Shown: positions 39,079 through 47,616 of the stretch, in pieces
Layout: each line of letters begins with the position of its first letter
Numbering within the stretch: position 1 is the stretch's first letter
Assembly (NCBI GenBank): GCA_945787105.1
Contig: CALZGZ010000105.1
Coordinates: 19,730 to 83,729, forward strand
Length of the DNA: 64,000 bases
Source of the DNA: an uncultured Gammaproteobacteria bacterium
GTDB taxonomy: Bacteria; Pseudomonadota; Gammaproteobacteria; Arenicellales; JAANXG01
Direction: 5' to 3'
The notes under the pieces: generated by a model
What the model was told of the DNA's origin: nothing
Seen by the model: only the letters and a program-made list of their open reading frames with translations
The model's database searches: none
Program-made: the position numbers and the translations under genes

Positions 39079-39471
39079 ATGACGAATCTTGTTGCATTGC
39101 ATACCGGTAGACCCAATGCCCCTACCAAGGATGAGGAACGTATCTATGAGGCGCATATCGTGATTCAACTCGGCGCCGGACGCGCCATCTACTGCGAACG
39201 GCTTGGGCGGCTGTACTTCTTCGACGCCCCCGACAAGCAGATCGGGACTACCGTGCGAGCGGCACTACGAGGCCTGGGGCATAAAGCCGACATTCAGCCG
39301 GTGGAGCTCGACCAACACCGGTATATGGCGGTCGGCAAGAAGGTGCAATTGGACGACTCGCAGTTGGAGACGGTGTTTTCCGCCCTCGCATTATTGGGCG
39401 TCGCCGTCGAACGGGGTGATTCCGATATTCTGCGCCGCGCAATGTTGGGCGCCGGGCGGTCTTCTGGTTGA
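39079..39471 (+). CDS. hypothetical protein (130 aa)
   Basis: The ORF fills the gap between two convergent or divergent genes. No motif recognised. Confidence 0.4.
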   Translation: MTNLVALHTGRPNAPTKDEERIYEAHIVIQLGAGRAIYCERLGRLYFFDAPDKQIGTTVRAALRGLGHKADIQPVELDQHRYMAVGKKVQLDDSQLETVFSALALLGVAVERGDSDILRRAMLGAGRSSG

Positions 39472-39477
39472 GGTGCC

Positions 39478-40452
39478 TCAGCGTGCCGGTGCAACGAATG
39501 CCAAGCTGGTCGCTAGCGTCAGACCATGGGCCAGGGCGCTGGTAATAGTCAGTTTGATTGGTGTCACGAGTCGCGCGGATTGTTCGGCATACTGGATCAA
39601 ATATGCCGCCGCCCGTGCCGCGATGACCAAGGGTAGCAACGATAATAACGTGATGGCCGGCGCGATTCCGGTTATGACCGCAATCAGCAAAATGCTGCTC
39701 GCGGCGAACACATTGGCGACATAGATCCATTTTCCGCGTTCTGGACCCAAGCGCACCACCCAATGATGCTTACCGGCCGAGGCGTCGGCCAGGCGATCCG
39801 GAAACTGGTTGATATAAAGTATATTGGTTACCAGCAGGCCGTAGGGTAGACACAGCAGCAGCAACTCCCAATCCCAGCTCTGCCGTTGCACAAAGTCGGT
39901 GCCCATGGGTATCAAAATACCGAAACCCAACGCGACACAAGGCTCCCCCCAACCGCGGCTGTTGAGATTGAAAGGCGGCGCCGAATACGCCCAACCGACG
40001 AACACACCGATGGCGCCAATGGCTAGTAAACTCCAGTGGCTGGCAAAGGTCAGTAGCAGACCGATGCCAATTCCGCCGGCGAGCAACGTTAAGCCGTAGT
40101 GCAGGGTTTGTGTTTCGGTGAGCACCTTATTCTGGATGAACCGGCTGCCCCCGGTGAACGGGAATATGCGTTCGTTGTTATGGGTGTCACTGCCGTTCAA
40201 CGCGTCGTAGTAGTCGTTCAGCACGTTGATGGCAGCGTGAATAGCCGTCGCCCCGATGAGCGTCAACAACACTGTGGTCCAATTCAAAAACCCGCCGCGA
40301 TAGTGTGCATAGGCAAGGCCCAACATGAATCCCGCAACCGTGATGGTGAGAAACGGCGGCCGTGTCGCCAACCAGTAACGCCGCAACGGATTCTTCAATG
40401 TCTCCGATGTGGGCTCGAGCGTTGCTGGCTGTACAGAGTCTGCCTTCATCAA
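39478..40452 (-). CDS. UbiA-family prenyltransferase (MenA-like)
   Basis: 324-aa polytopic protein with Asp-rich motif 'NVLNDYYDALNGSD' and a MenA-like N terminus 'YWLATRPPFLT'. Confidence 0.7.
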   Translation of the reverse strand: MMKADSVQPATLEPTSETLKNPLRRYWLATRPPFLTITVAGFMLGLAYAHYRGGFLNWTTVLLTLIGATAIHAAINVLNDYYDALNGSDTHNNERIFPFTGGSRFIQNKVLTETQTLHYGLTLLAGGIGIGLLLTFASHWSLLAIGAIGVFVGWAYSAPPFNLNSRGWGEPCVALGFGILIPMGTDFVQRQSWDWELLLLCLPYGLLVTNILYINQFPDRLADASAGKHHWVVRLGPERGKWIYVANVFAASSILLIAVITGIAPAITLLSLLPLVIAARAAAYLIQYAEQSARLVTPIKLTITSALAHGLTLATSLAFVAPAR

Positions 40453-40872
40453 CGTTGATCGTGTGCTGGTTATGAGTGGATTGGATAGGCTGCCGACCCC
40501 TATTATGCAACGATTCGTCGCGAAGGAAATTGCCGGTCTGGGGTGGCGCTTGGAGTCATCGTGACCGTGTCCGGGTTATTGGAGGTCACTTACCGGCTCA
40601 GGCCCCAAAGGCACTTAATTTAGGTTTCGGGCCAAACTGAACCGCGGAAAAAGTTCCAGGACCCGCCGTAAATACGTCCATGTAGGCTCGACGCCAGCAT
40701 CCCTGCTGGCGACGGTCCCGGAAATTCTCCCTCAATTCAGTCCTCGCAGCTCCTTTTAGGTCGCAACTACTCTGACCCCGTATGTGCTAACGGTGATTGT
40801 AGGCAGTACGGGTAAACTGTCGGCAATCCCCACGTCATGCAAGTAGCCCGCAGTATGCACCAATGTGGGCTA

Positions 40873-41117
40873 GCCTGCATATTGTACCAAGGCGGCGAAA
40901 TAATGGTTTATCAACTTGATTGTATTCAATAATTCGGTCTTAGGCGAATAGTACAGTTTGTGCTTCGGCAATCGCCTATCCTGGCTCTGGCTCGATCTCG
41001 AACGCCTGCACTTGCGCTTCACTCAACCCATAGCTCGCTATGGGTTTCGTTCCAGCGCGGCGTTCAGACGCCCGATCTCTTCGCCAGCTTCCGGGATCCT
41101 TGGTGCAATATGCAGGC
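40873..41117 (-). repeat. MITE-like element, copy C (245 bp), inverted relative to copies A, B and D, flanked by TA/TA
   Basis: Terminal inverted repeats: 'GCCTGCATATTGTACCAAGG' (40873-40892) against the reverse complement of 41098-41117, 'GCCTGCATATTGCACCAAGG' (19/20). TA lies at 40871-72 and 41118-19. The interior reverse-complements to the core shared with copies B and D. Confidence 0.8.
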
Positions 41118-41210
41118 TAGCCATTGGTTTGAATGAAGAGACTCGCGCAATTTTCCGTGTGACGGTTTGTACCCGGGTAGGCGTCTAGTCGCTTTGTTGC
41201 AATATACGGG

Positions 41211-42737
41211 CTAAAGCTGTAGGACCGCTATTAAGCGATCCCAATCCGGGGCCGACGTGGTGTCTACGTCAATGCACAGACCCCGCTCATCCGCCGTCAG
41301 CGGCTCGCGTGATTGTAATTGCTGCTGCAGCACCGCCACCGTCGCCTCTGAGGCATCCGGCCGTGCTTGCGCCCGTTTCTCGATACGTTGTACCAATTCC
41401 GCCGGGCCCGCGTGGCAGTGCAGGATGTGGAACGGCACACCGAGGCGCGCGGCCAACTCGCGGAATTGCCGCCGTCGCCCGGCGTTGATGAAGGTAGCGT
41501 CGACGACCACCGGGTAGCCGCAACCGATAATTCGTTCGGCGAGCTGCAGCAAGCCTTGATACACACGCTCGATGTTCTGTTGACTGTAGCGTGCGACAGC
41601 GTTGATGCCGGACCGCCGGCGCTCAATATCGGAGCGGATGCGGGTGATGCCGGTACGCTCGACAAGCCGTTCGGTGAGCCAGGTTTTGCCGGAACCGGAC
41701 ACGCCGTGGGTGATGATCAATGGTAGTGACGTTGGTTGGTGCATCAAGGTCGCGGCCAGGGACAGGTGGCGCACCACATCTCGGTCCTGGCGCCGGCGCA
41801 ACGCGTGGAATTGTTGGCGTTGTATGCACGCGACTTTGGCGCGCACCAGTGCCCGGTACACCAAGTAGTAGCGCAGCACCGACAGCGCCTCATAATCACC
41901 GGTGTGTTCCAGGTAACGTAGCCACAGCCGCTGGGAGAAGTCTTTCCGATCATGGTAATCAAGATCCATCATCGCGAATGCGACGTCGCTGGCGACGTCG
42001 ATCCATCTCAATTGTGGGTTGAATTCCAGACAGTCGAACAGGCGGACCTCGCCGTTGACCAGCACCATGTTTGCCAAATGCATGTCCCCGTGGCATTCAC
42101 GAACCGACCCTTGGACGAGCCTGCCGGTGAACGCTGCGGCGAGCCGCTTTGCCGAGTCTTGCGTCCAATCATGCAGGTTCTGCAGTTGCTTTTGTTCTTG
42201 GCCGTTAACGCAAGGGTTGATGTGCGGGAAGTTATCCATGGCGCGCTCGCGTACCCGCTCAGCGGTGGAGTAACCCGACTCGGGAGCGGCGACCTTCGCC
42301 TGCTGATGAAATTCGGCCACATGTTGCGCCAAGTCGTCGATGTGTTCCGACTTGATGTGGCCCGCGCGAACCATGTGATCCAAACGGTCCGGTTCATGGA
42401 ACTGACGCATTTTTACCGCGTATTCAATCACCTTACCGTCGCCGCCGACGCGGGGATCGTCTTCACTACCGGTAATCGGAACCACGCCCAGATACAGCTC
42501 CGGCGCCATTCTCCGGTTCAAGCGCAGCTCCTCCTCGCAAAAAAACAGGCGCTTCTCGAGGGTGGAGAAGTCGAGGAAGCCGAGGTCGACCGGTTTTTTG
42601 ATTTTGTAGGCAACGTTACCGGTCAGCAGGATGTACGAGATGTGCGTCTCCATCACCTCGAAGCCGGTCACCGGGTGATCGAACAACTCCGGCCGTTGCA
42701 GACGCTCGATCAACACCGGCCGCTGTGACTCAACCAT
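41211..42737 (-). CDS. bifunctional protein: aminoglycoside-phosphotransferase-like kinase domain plus P-loop (AAA_33-type) kinase domain
   Basis: The N part has the Brenner-type motif 'CHGDMHLANMVL' and 'IDVASD'. The C part has Walker A 'HGVSGSGKTW'. Confidence 0.75.
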   Translation of the reverse strand: MVESQRPVLIERLQRPELFDHPVTGFEVMETHISYILLTGNVAYKIKKPVDLGFLDFSTLEKRLFFCEEELRLNRRMAPELYLGVVPITGSEDDPRVGGDGKVIEYAVKMRQFHEPDRLDHMVRAGHIKSEHIDDLAQHVAEFHQQAKVAAPESGYSTAERVRERAMDNFPHINPCVNGQEQKQLQNLHDWTQDSAKRLAAAFTGRLVQGSVRECHGDMHLANMVLVNGEVRLFDCLEFNPQLRWIDVASDVAFAMMDLDYHDRKDFSQRLWLRYLEHTGDYEALSVLRYYLVYRALVRAKVACIQRQQFHALRRRQDRDVVRHLSLAATLMHQPTSLPLIITHGVSGSGKTWLTERLVERTGITRIRSDIERRRSGINAVARYSQQNIERVYQGLLQLAERIIGCGYPVVVDATFINAGRRRQFRELAARLGVPFHILHCHAGPAELVQRIEKRAQARPDASEATVAVLQQQLQSREPLTADERGLCIDVDTTSAPDWDRLIAVLQL

Positions 42738-42767
42738 CGATGGATGTGCTGCGGTTAGCCCATGCGG

Positions 42768-43235
42768 CTATTCTTTGACCGAAAAACTCGCGATCTTAGG
42801 CCGTACGAGCTTGTCAAAGTCGTCGTACGCAAGGCGCACTACCTGTGTATGGGTACCGGCATTGAAGGCAATGTCGTCGTCCTCCTTGAGCATTTCGTCG
42901 ACATAGGTGTCCATACCGTATAGGTTGCCAAACGGTGGCATGGCGCCCACCTCGCAGCCGGGAAACAACTGTTGAAACTCCTGCTCGGTGGCAAGACTGG
43001 TGTCGCCAGCGCCTGCCGCGGTCGCCAGCCTGTCTAGATCGACGTGCCGAGACGCGGGCACCACCGCCATGGCGATGTTTCCGTCTATCTTCACCATCAC
43101 CGCTTTAGCGAACTCACGCCTTGGCACCAGCGTCGACGCGGCCACCTCGCGGGCGGTGTACACCGGCGAATGATCGATGGTGATGTACTTAATGTGATGG
43201 CTGTCAAGGAATTCCCTGAGTTTTTCAACCGGCAT
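42768..43235 (-). CDS. YbaK/aminoacyl-tRNA-synthetase-associated (deacylase-like) domain protein
   Basis: 155 aa. 'AKAVMVKIDGNIAMAVVPASRHVDLDRL...GAMPPFGNLYGM' fits the YbaK/ProX-type fold pattern. Confidence 0.65.
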   Translation of the reverse strand: MPVEKLREFLDSHHIKYITIDHSPVYTAREVAASTLVPRREFAKAVMVKIDGNIAMAVVPASRHVDLDRLATAAGAGDTSLATEQEFQQLFPGCEVGAMPPFGNLYGMDTYVDEMLKEDDDIAFNAGTHTQVVRLAYDDFDKLVRPKIASFSVKE

Positions 43236-43362
43236 GATTGTTCTCGCTATATAAATCTCATTGAAAGCACTTCACCACGAAAAGAGGTGTAACAACCATG
43301 ACTTCGGTCAAGTGACCGCTGCGGAACCACACAGCCCGCAGCGTCGTACTTTGGAGTGGCTA

Positions 43363-43653
43363 ACCCCCATATTGCACCAAGGATCCGGGATGATGGCGAC
43401 GGGATCGGGTGGCTGGTTCCCCTGCTGCGCGGGGACAAGCGCCGGACTGGAGTGAAATGCATAGCCGTAGCTAAGGGTTGAGTGAAGCGCAAGTCCAGGC
43501 GTTCGAGACCGAGCCAGCGCCGGGATAGACCCGCCTCTATTCATGGTCTGCACCGGGGAGACCCGCAACGTCTCGTCTATGATGTGGCGAAATTCGATTC
43601 TCAAAGTTGCTTGGCAAGAATAGAGGCGGGGTGCCTTGGTGCAATATGCGGGT
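43363..43653 (+). repeat. MITE-like element, copy D (291 bp), flanked by TA/TA
   Basis: Terminal inverted repeats: 'ACCCCCATATTGCACCAAGG' (43363-43382) against the reverse complement of 43634-43653, 'ACCCGCATATTGCACCAAGG' (19/20). TA lies at 43361-62 and 43654-55. The core is shared with copies B and C. Confidence 0.85.
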
Positions 43654-45083
43654 TAACCCTTGACGCACACCACTGGGGTAACGCGCGCCACCTTACGCGC
43701 CAATCCGGCGCGGTCGGCGACGTCCACGACTGCGTCTACGTTTTTGTATGCGCCCGGCGCCTCCTCGGCAATGCCTCTCATCGACGGGCTGCGCACGACG
43801 ATGCCACGCGCCGCCAACTCATCCACCACATGGCGTCCACGCCAGGTCTTGGTGGCCCGCCGGCGGCTCATACTGCGTCCGGCGCCATGGCAGGCGGATT
43901 CGAATGACAACGCATCGTTTCCGGAATTGCCGGCGAGGACATGGGACGCGGTGCCCATGGAACCGCCTATTAAAACCGGTTGTCCCACTTCCTGGAACGC
44001 ATCGGGCAACTCCGGATGTCCAGGGCCGAATGCCCGGGTGGCGCCCTTGCGGTGAACATAGAGGCGTCTAATCTCACCGTCAATTTCGTGTTGTTCCAGT
44101 TTGCAGGTGTTGTGCGACACGTCAAACAGCAACTCCAACCGCGCCTGCGGCAGGATCTTCGCAAACACCTGGCGGGTCAGGTGGGTGATGATCTCCCGGT
44201 TGGCCAACGCGCAGTTGATGGCCGCACGCATCGCGCCTAGATAACGCTTGCCTGCCGGTGAGCGAATCGGTGCGCATGCCAGTTCACGGTCCGGCAGATC
44301 GATGCCGTGTTGATGCGCAGCCTGGGCCATGTCCTTGAGGAATTCGGTGCCGATCTGGTGTCCCAGGCCGCGCGAGCCGCAATGTATGGTGACCACGATA
44401 TCACCGGTGTGCAGCCCGAAAACTTCCGCGGTGTGCTGGTCATAAATCTCGGACACTTCCTGAATCTCCAGGTAATGATTGCCGGAACCCAGGGTGCCCA
44501 TTTCGTTTCGTTGTCGTTTTTTAGCGCGCGCCGACACCTCATCGGGCAGCGCATCGCGCATCACTCCGTGCTCCTCGCTGCGCTCCAGGTCTGCCGGGCT
44601 TCCCCAACCTTGCTCTACTGCCCACTTGGCGCCGCCGGTCAACATCTCGTCCATTTGCGCATCATCCAGCCGAATACGGCCGGTGCTGCCGACGCCCACC
44701 GGAATCTCTTCATAAAGCGTGTCGGCGATGATGAATTTTTTTAGCTCGAGGTCGGCAACCTGGAGACCGGTATGCAGGGTGCGAACGCCGCATGAAATGT
44801 CGAACCCGACGCCGCCGGCCGAGACCACGCCTCCCTGATCGGCATCAAAAGCGGCCACGCCGCCGATCGGAAAGCCATATCCCCAGTGTGCGTCGGGCAT
44901 TGCGTAGCTGGCGGTCACGATCCCCGGCAGGGTGGCGACATTGATTGCCTGGTGTAATACCTTGTCATCCATGTCGGCGATCAAATCGCGATTACCATAG
45001 ATGATTACCGGCACGCGCATGCGCCCTCGCGGCGCCAGTTGCCAGGTGTATTCCGAACTCTGCGTCAGGTCGACTACATCCAC
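43653..45083 (-). CDS. rtcB: RNA 3'-phosphate/5'-OH ligase RtcB
   Basis: 'GYGFPIGGVAAFD', 'GSGNHYLEIQ', 'HCGSRGLGHQ', C-terminal '...VVCVKG'. Confidence 0.9.
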   Translation of the reverse strand: MDVVDLTQSSEYTWQLAPRGRMRVPVIIYGNRDLIADMDDKVLHQAINVATLPGIVTASYAMPDAHWGYGFPIGGVAAFDADQGGVVSAGGVGFDISCGVRTLHTGLQVADLELKKFIIADTLYEEIPVGVGSTGRIRLDDAQMDEMLTGGAKWAVEQGWGSPADLERSEEHGVMRDALPDEVSARAKKRQRNEMGTLGSGNHYLEIQEVSEIYDQHTAEVFGLHTGDIVVTIHCGSRGLGHQIGTEFLKDMAQAAHQHGIDLPDRELACAPIRSPAGKRYLGAMRAAINCALANREIITHLTRQVFAKILPQARLELLFDVSHNTCKLEQHEIDGEIRRLYVHRKGATRAFGPGHPELPDAFQEVGQPVLIGGSMGTASHVLAGNSGNDALSFESACHGAGRSMSRRRATKTWRGRHVVDELAARGIVVRSPSMRGIAEEAPGAYKNVDAVVDVADRAGLARKVARVTPVVCVKG

Positions 45084-45095
45084 GGTGCTATCAGG

Positions 45096-45533
45096 CTAGA
45101 CGTCGATGATACATTGGGCAACCCACACCCCGTCGTCATTGGCAACACGCAACTCCGTATAGGTTGCCCCTTTGACTTCAACTGCCGGTTGATGACGGAA
45201 TCGGTTTACCCGCTCGCCCCACACCTGGGCCTGCAAATGGCAGTCGTCGATGTGCACCTGGAAATGACCGAACAACATCTTGCGCACCGCCATTTCGTAG
45301 ATTAACGCATTTAACCACTCGAACAGCAACGTCTCCAAGTCGGTGGATGCAAAATCCAGTTGCACCGAATCATCGTAACGGACCTTTGACGGCTCGGTGA
45401 TGGCTGCGGTCAGCGCCACCGCCGCTTGTGCAAAGGCCTCGTCGACAGTGGCGCCCACCCCCCGTATGCCGACATCCGCCATATGGGAAAAGTGTTCCCA
45501 ATGCCCGGGATAGTCTGCCGCACGGTGCACCAT
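45096..45533 (-). CDS. archease (RtcB activator family)
   Basis: 'WEHFSHMADVGIRGVGATVDEAFAQAAVAL' matches the archease N-terminal signature. The gene lies 12 nt upstream of rtcB. The start is taken at 'MVHRAAD' (45533). Confidence 0.75.
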   Translation of the reverse strand: MVHRAADYPGHWEHFSHMADVGIRGVGATVDEAFAQAAVALTAAITEPSKVRYDDSVQLDFASTDLETLLFEWLNALIYEMAVRKMLFGHFQVHIDDCHLQAQVWGERVNRFRHQPAVEVKGATYTELRVANDDGVWVAQCIIDV

Positions 45534-45768
45534 AATGTCCAAGGATATACCTGGGATTAGAGATGTCGTTGATTTCAATCAATAATTTCCGAGAAGACGC
45601 CTAGGTGTTGTTGACTTCAATCAAAACCGTAATCATTGCTACCGCTACACTAGCCACCGCATCGGAGCGGCGGCGTCACCGTGTGCAGTCACCCCGCAAC
45701 ATACTTGCCGCCACGCGGGGGTCGGTGATGCGTCTGCGCATGGGTGTGGATGGGCGCATGAAGTCGGG

Positions 45769-47505
45769 GTGACGGTAGTGAGGATTGGTAACGAAGACAT
45801 CGCCAACGCCTTGGATGAGATCGCGAATCTACTCGAGATCGACAACGCCAATCCGTTCCGCGTGCGTGCCTATCGCAACGCCGCCCGCACCGTCCGCGGG
45901 CTGGGGAAGAACCTTGAGACGCTGGTGCAGCAAGGCCGGGATCTGAAGTCCCTTCCCGGGATCGGTCGCGACCTCGCCGCCAACATCGAACAGATGCTGG
46001 ACACCGGACACATGGCGGCGCTCGAAGAGTTGCACAAGAAATTCCCGGCGAGTCTGGAGGATCTGTTGCGCATATCCGGGATGGGGCCTAAACGGGTGCA
46101 GGCTCTCTATCACCAGCTTGGTATCAAGAGCGTGCCGCAACTCGAGCGGGCGGCACGATCGGGGCGGTTATGCGAGCTGCCCGGATTTGGGTCCAAGCTG
46201 CAACAACAGATTCTCGATGCCATCGCGGCGCAAAAAGTTGCTGAGGTGCGTTGGCCGCGCGCGCAAGCGGCGATGTATGCCGAACAGCTTGTTGGGTACT
46301 TGAAATCGATACCGGGTGTTAGCGAAGTCTTGGTCACCGGTAGTTACCGCCGTGGTAAGGAGACCGTGGGTGATCTCGACATTCTGGTGACCGCCGCCAA
46401 AACCGATCCGGTCATGCAAAGCATCATCGCATATCAGGATGTAAAACAGGTGCTGTCCGCGGGGTCCACCCGCTCGTCGGTGATTCTCGAGAATGGCCTG
46501 CAAGTGGATGTGCGCGCGGTTAACCAGCAGAGCTTAGGCGCCGCGTTGCATTATTTTACCGGCAGCAAAGCTCACAATATTCAGCTTCGGCGTCTGGGAC
46601 AAAAGCGTGGGCTCAAGATCAACGAGTACGGGGTGTTCAAAGGCAAGCGTCACGTTGCCGGCAACACCGAGAAACAGGTGTTTCGATCGGTGGGCCTGCC
46701 GTGGATTCCGCCGGAGCTGCGCGAGGGAGGCGGGGCGATCGATGCCGCCCGGCGCCGCGCACTCCCGCAACTCATCGAGCGCGACGATTTAAAGGGCGAC
46801 TTGCATACCCACACCCAGGCCACTGACGGTCAGGCCACCATCGAAGAAATGGTCAATGCGGCGCAACGCCACGGCTTGCGCTATATCGCCATCACCGATC
46901 ATTCACGGCACCTGACGGTAGCCCATGGACTGGACCGCAAGCGGCTGTTGCGTCAGATCGAGCACATCGATCGCATTAACGAAGCCATAAAAGGAATCAC
47001 TGTGCTCAAGGGTATCGAGGTGGATATTCTCGAAGACGGTAGCCTGGATCTGCCGGACGCGGTGCTGGCGCGGCTGGATCTCGTCATTGGGGCGGTGCAC
47101 AGCCGCTTTCAACTGCCGCGCAAGAAACAGACCGAACGCATCCTGCGGGCCATGGACGATCGTTATTTTTCTATGTTGGCGCATCCTAGCGGCCGGCTGA
47201 TCGGCGCACGGCAGGCCTATGACGTCGACATGGAACGGCTCGTGCGTCATGCCGCAGAGCGCGGTTGTTTTCTGGAACTAAACGGCCAGCCCCAGCGCTT
47301 GGACCTGAACGATGTATATTGCCGCATGGCGCAAGAACACGGTGTATTGATCAGTATCAACAGCGACGCACACAGCGTGGCCGGCTTCGGTAATCTCGAT
47401 CATGGCATCGTGCAAGCACGGCGCGGATGGCTGTCCAAGAAAGACGTGTTGAACACCCGACCGGTTAATGCACTCAAGCGTTTATTGAGGCAGACCCGGT
47501 CTTGA
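45769..47505 (+). CDS. family X DNA polymerase with C-terminal PHP phosphoesterase domain (PolX)
   Basis: 'NPFRVRAYRNAARTV' (HhH region), 'GSYRRGKETVGDLDILV' (pol-beta-type catalytic Asp residues), PHP 'GDLHTHTQATDG' and 'ITDHS'. Confidence 0.85.
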   Translation: MTVVRIGNEDIANALDEIANLLEIDNANPFRVRAYRNAARTVRGLGKNLETLVQQGRDLKSLPGIGRDLAANIEQMLDTGHMAALEELHKKFPASLEDLLRISGMGPKRVQALYHQLGIKSVPQLERAARSGRLCELPGFGSKLQQQILDAIAAQKVAEVRWPRAQAAMYAEQLVGYLKSIPGVSEVLVTGSYRRGKETVGDLDILVTAAKTDPVMQSIIAYQDVKQVLSAGSTRSSVILENGLQVDVRAVNQQSLGAALHYFTGSKAHNIQLRRLGQKRGLKINEYGVFKGKRHVAGNTEKQVFRSVGLPWIPPELREGGGAIDAARRRALPQLIERDDLKGDLHTHTQATDGQATIEEMVNAAQRHGLRYIAITDHSRHLTVAHGLDRKRLLRQIEHIDRINEAIKGITVLKGIEVDILEDGSLDLPDAVLARLDLVIGAVHSRFQLPRKKQTERILRAMDDRYFSMLAHPSGRLIGARQAYDVDMERLVRHAAERGCFLELNGQPQRLDLNDVYCRMAQEHGVLISINSDAHSVAGFGNLDHGIVQARRGWLSKKDVLNTRPVNALKRLLRQTRS

Positions 47506-47538
47506 CCTAGGAATCCGACTTAGGCGCCGTGCATCATT

Positions 47539-47569
47539 GATAGGGGCGGCCTGTGGGGCCGCCCCTATC
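47539..47569. terminator. 13-bp GC-rich hairpin between convergent genes
   Basis: 'GATAGGGGCGGCC' (47539-47551) pairs perfectly with 'GGCCGCCCCTATC' (47557-47569) around a 5-nt loop. There is no clear U-tract on either strand. Confidence 0.5.
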
Positions 47570-47616
47570 AGGTTGCATCCATGGTGTCGTTAATGGCCTC
47601 AGCCGTCGTCTCTGGT

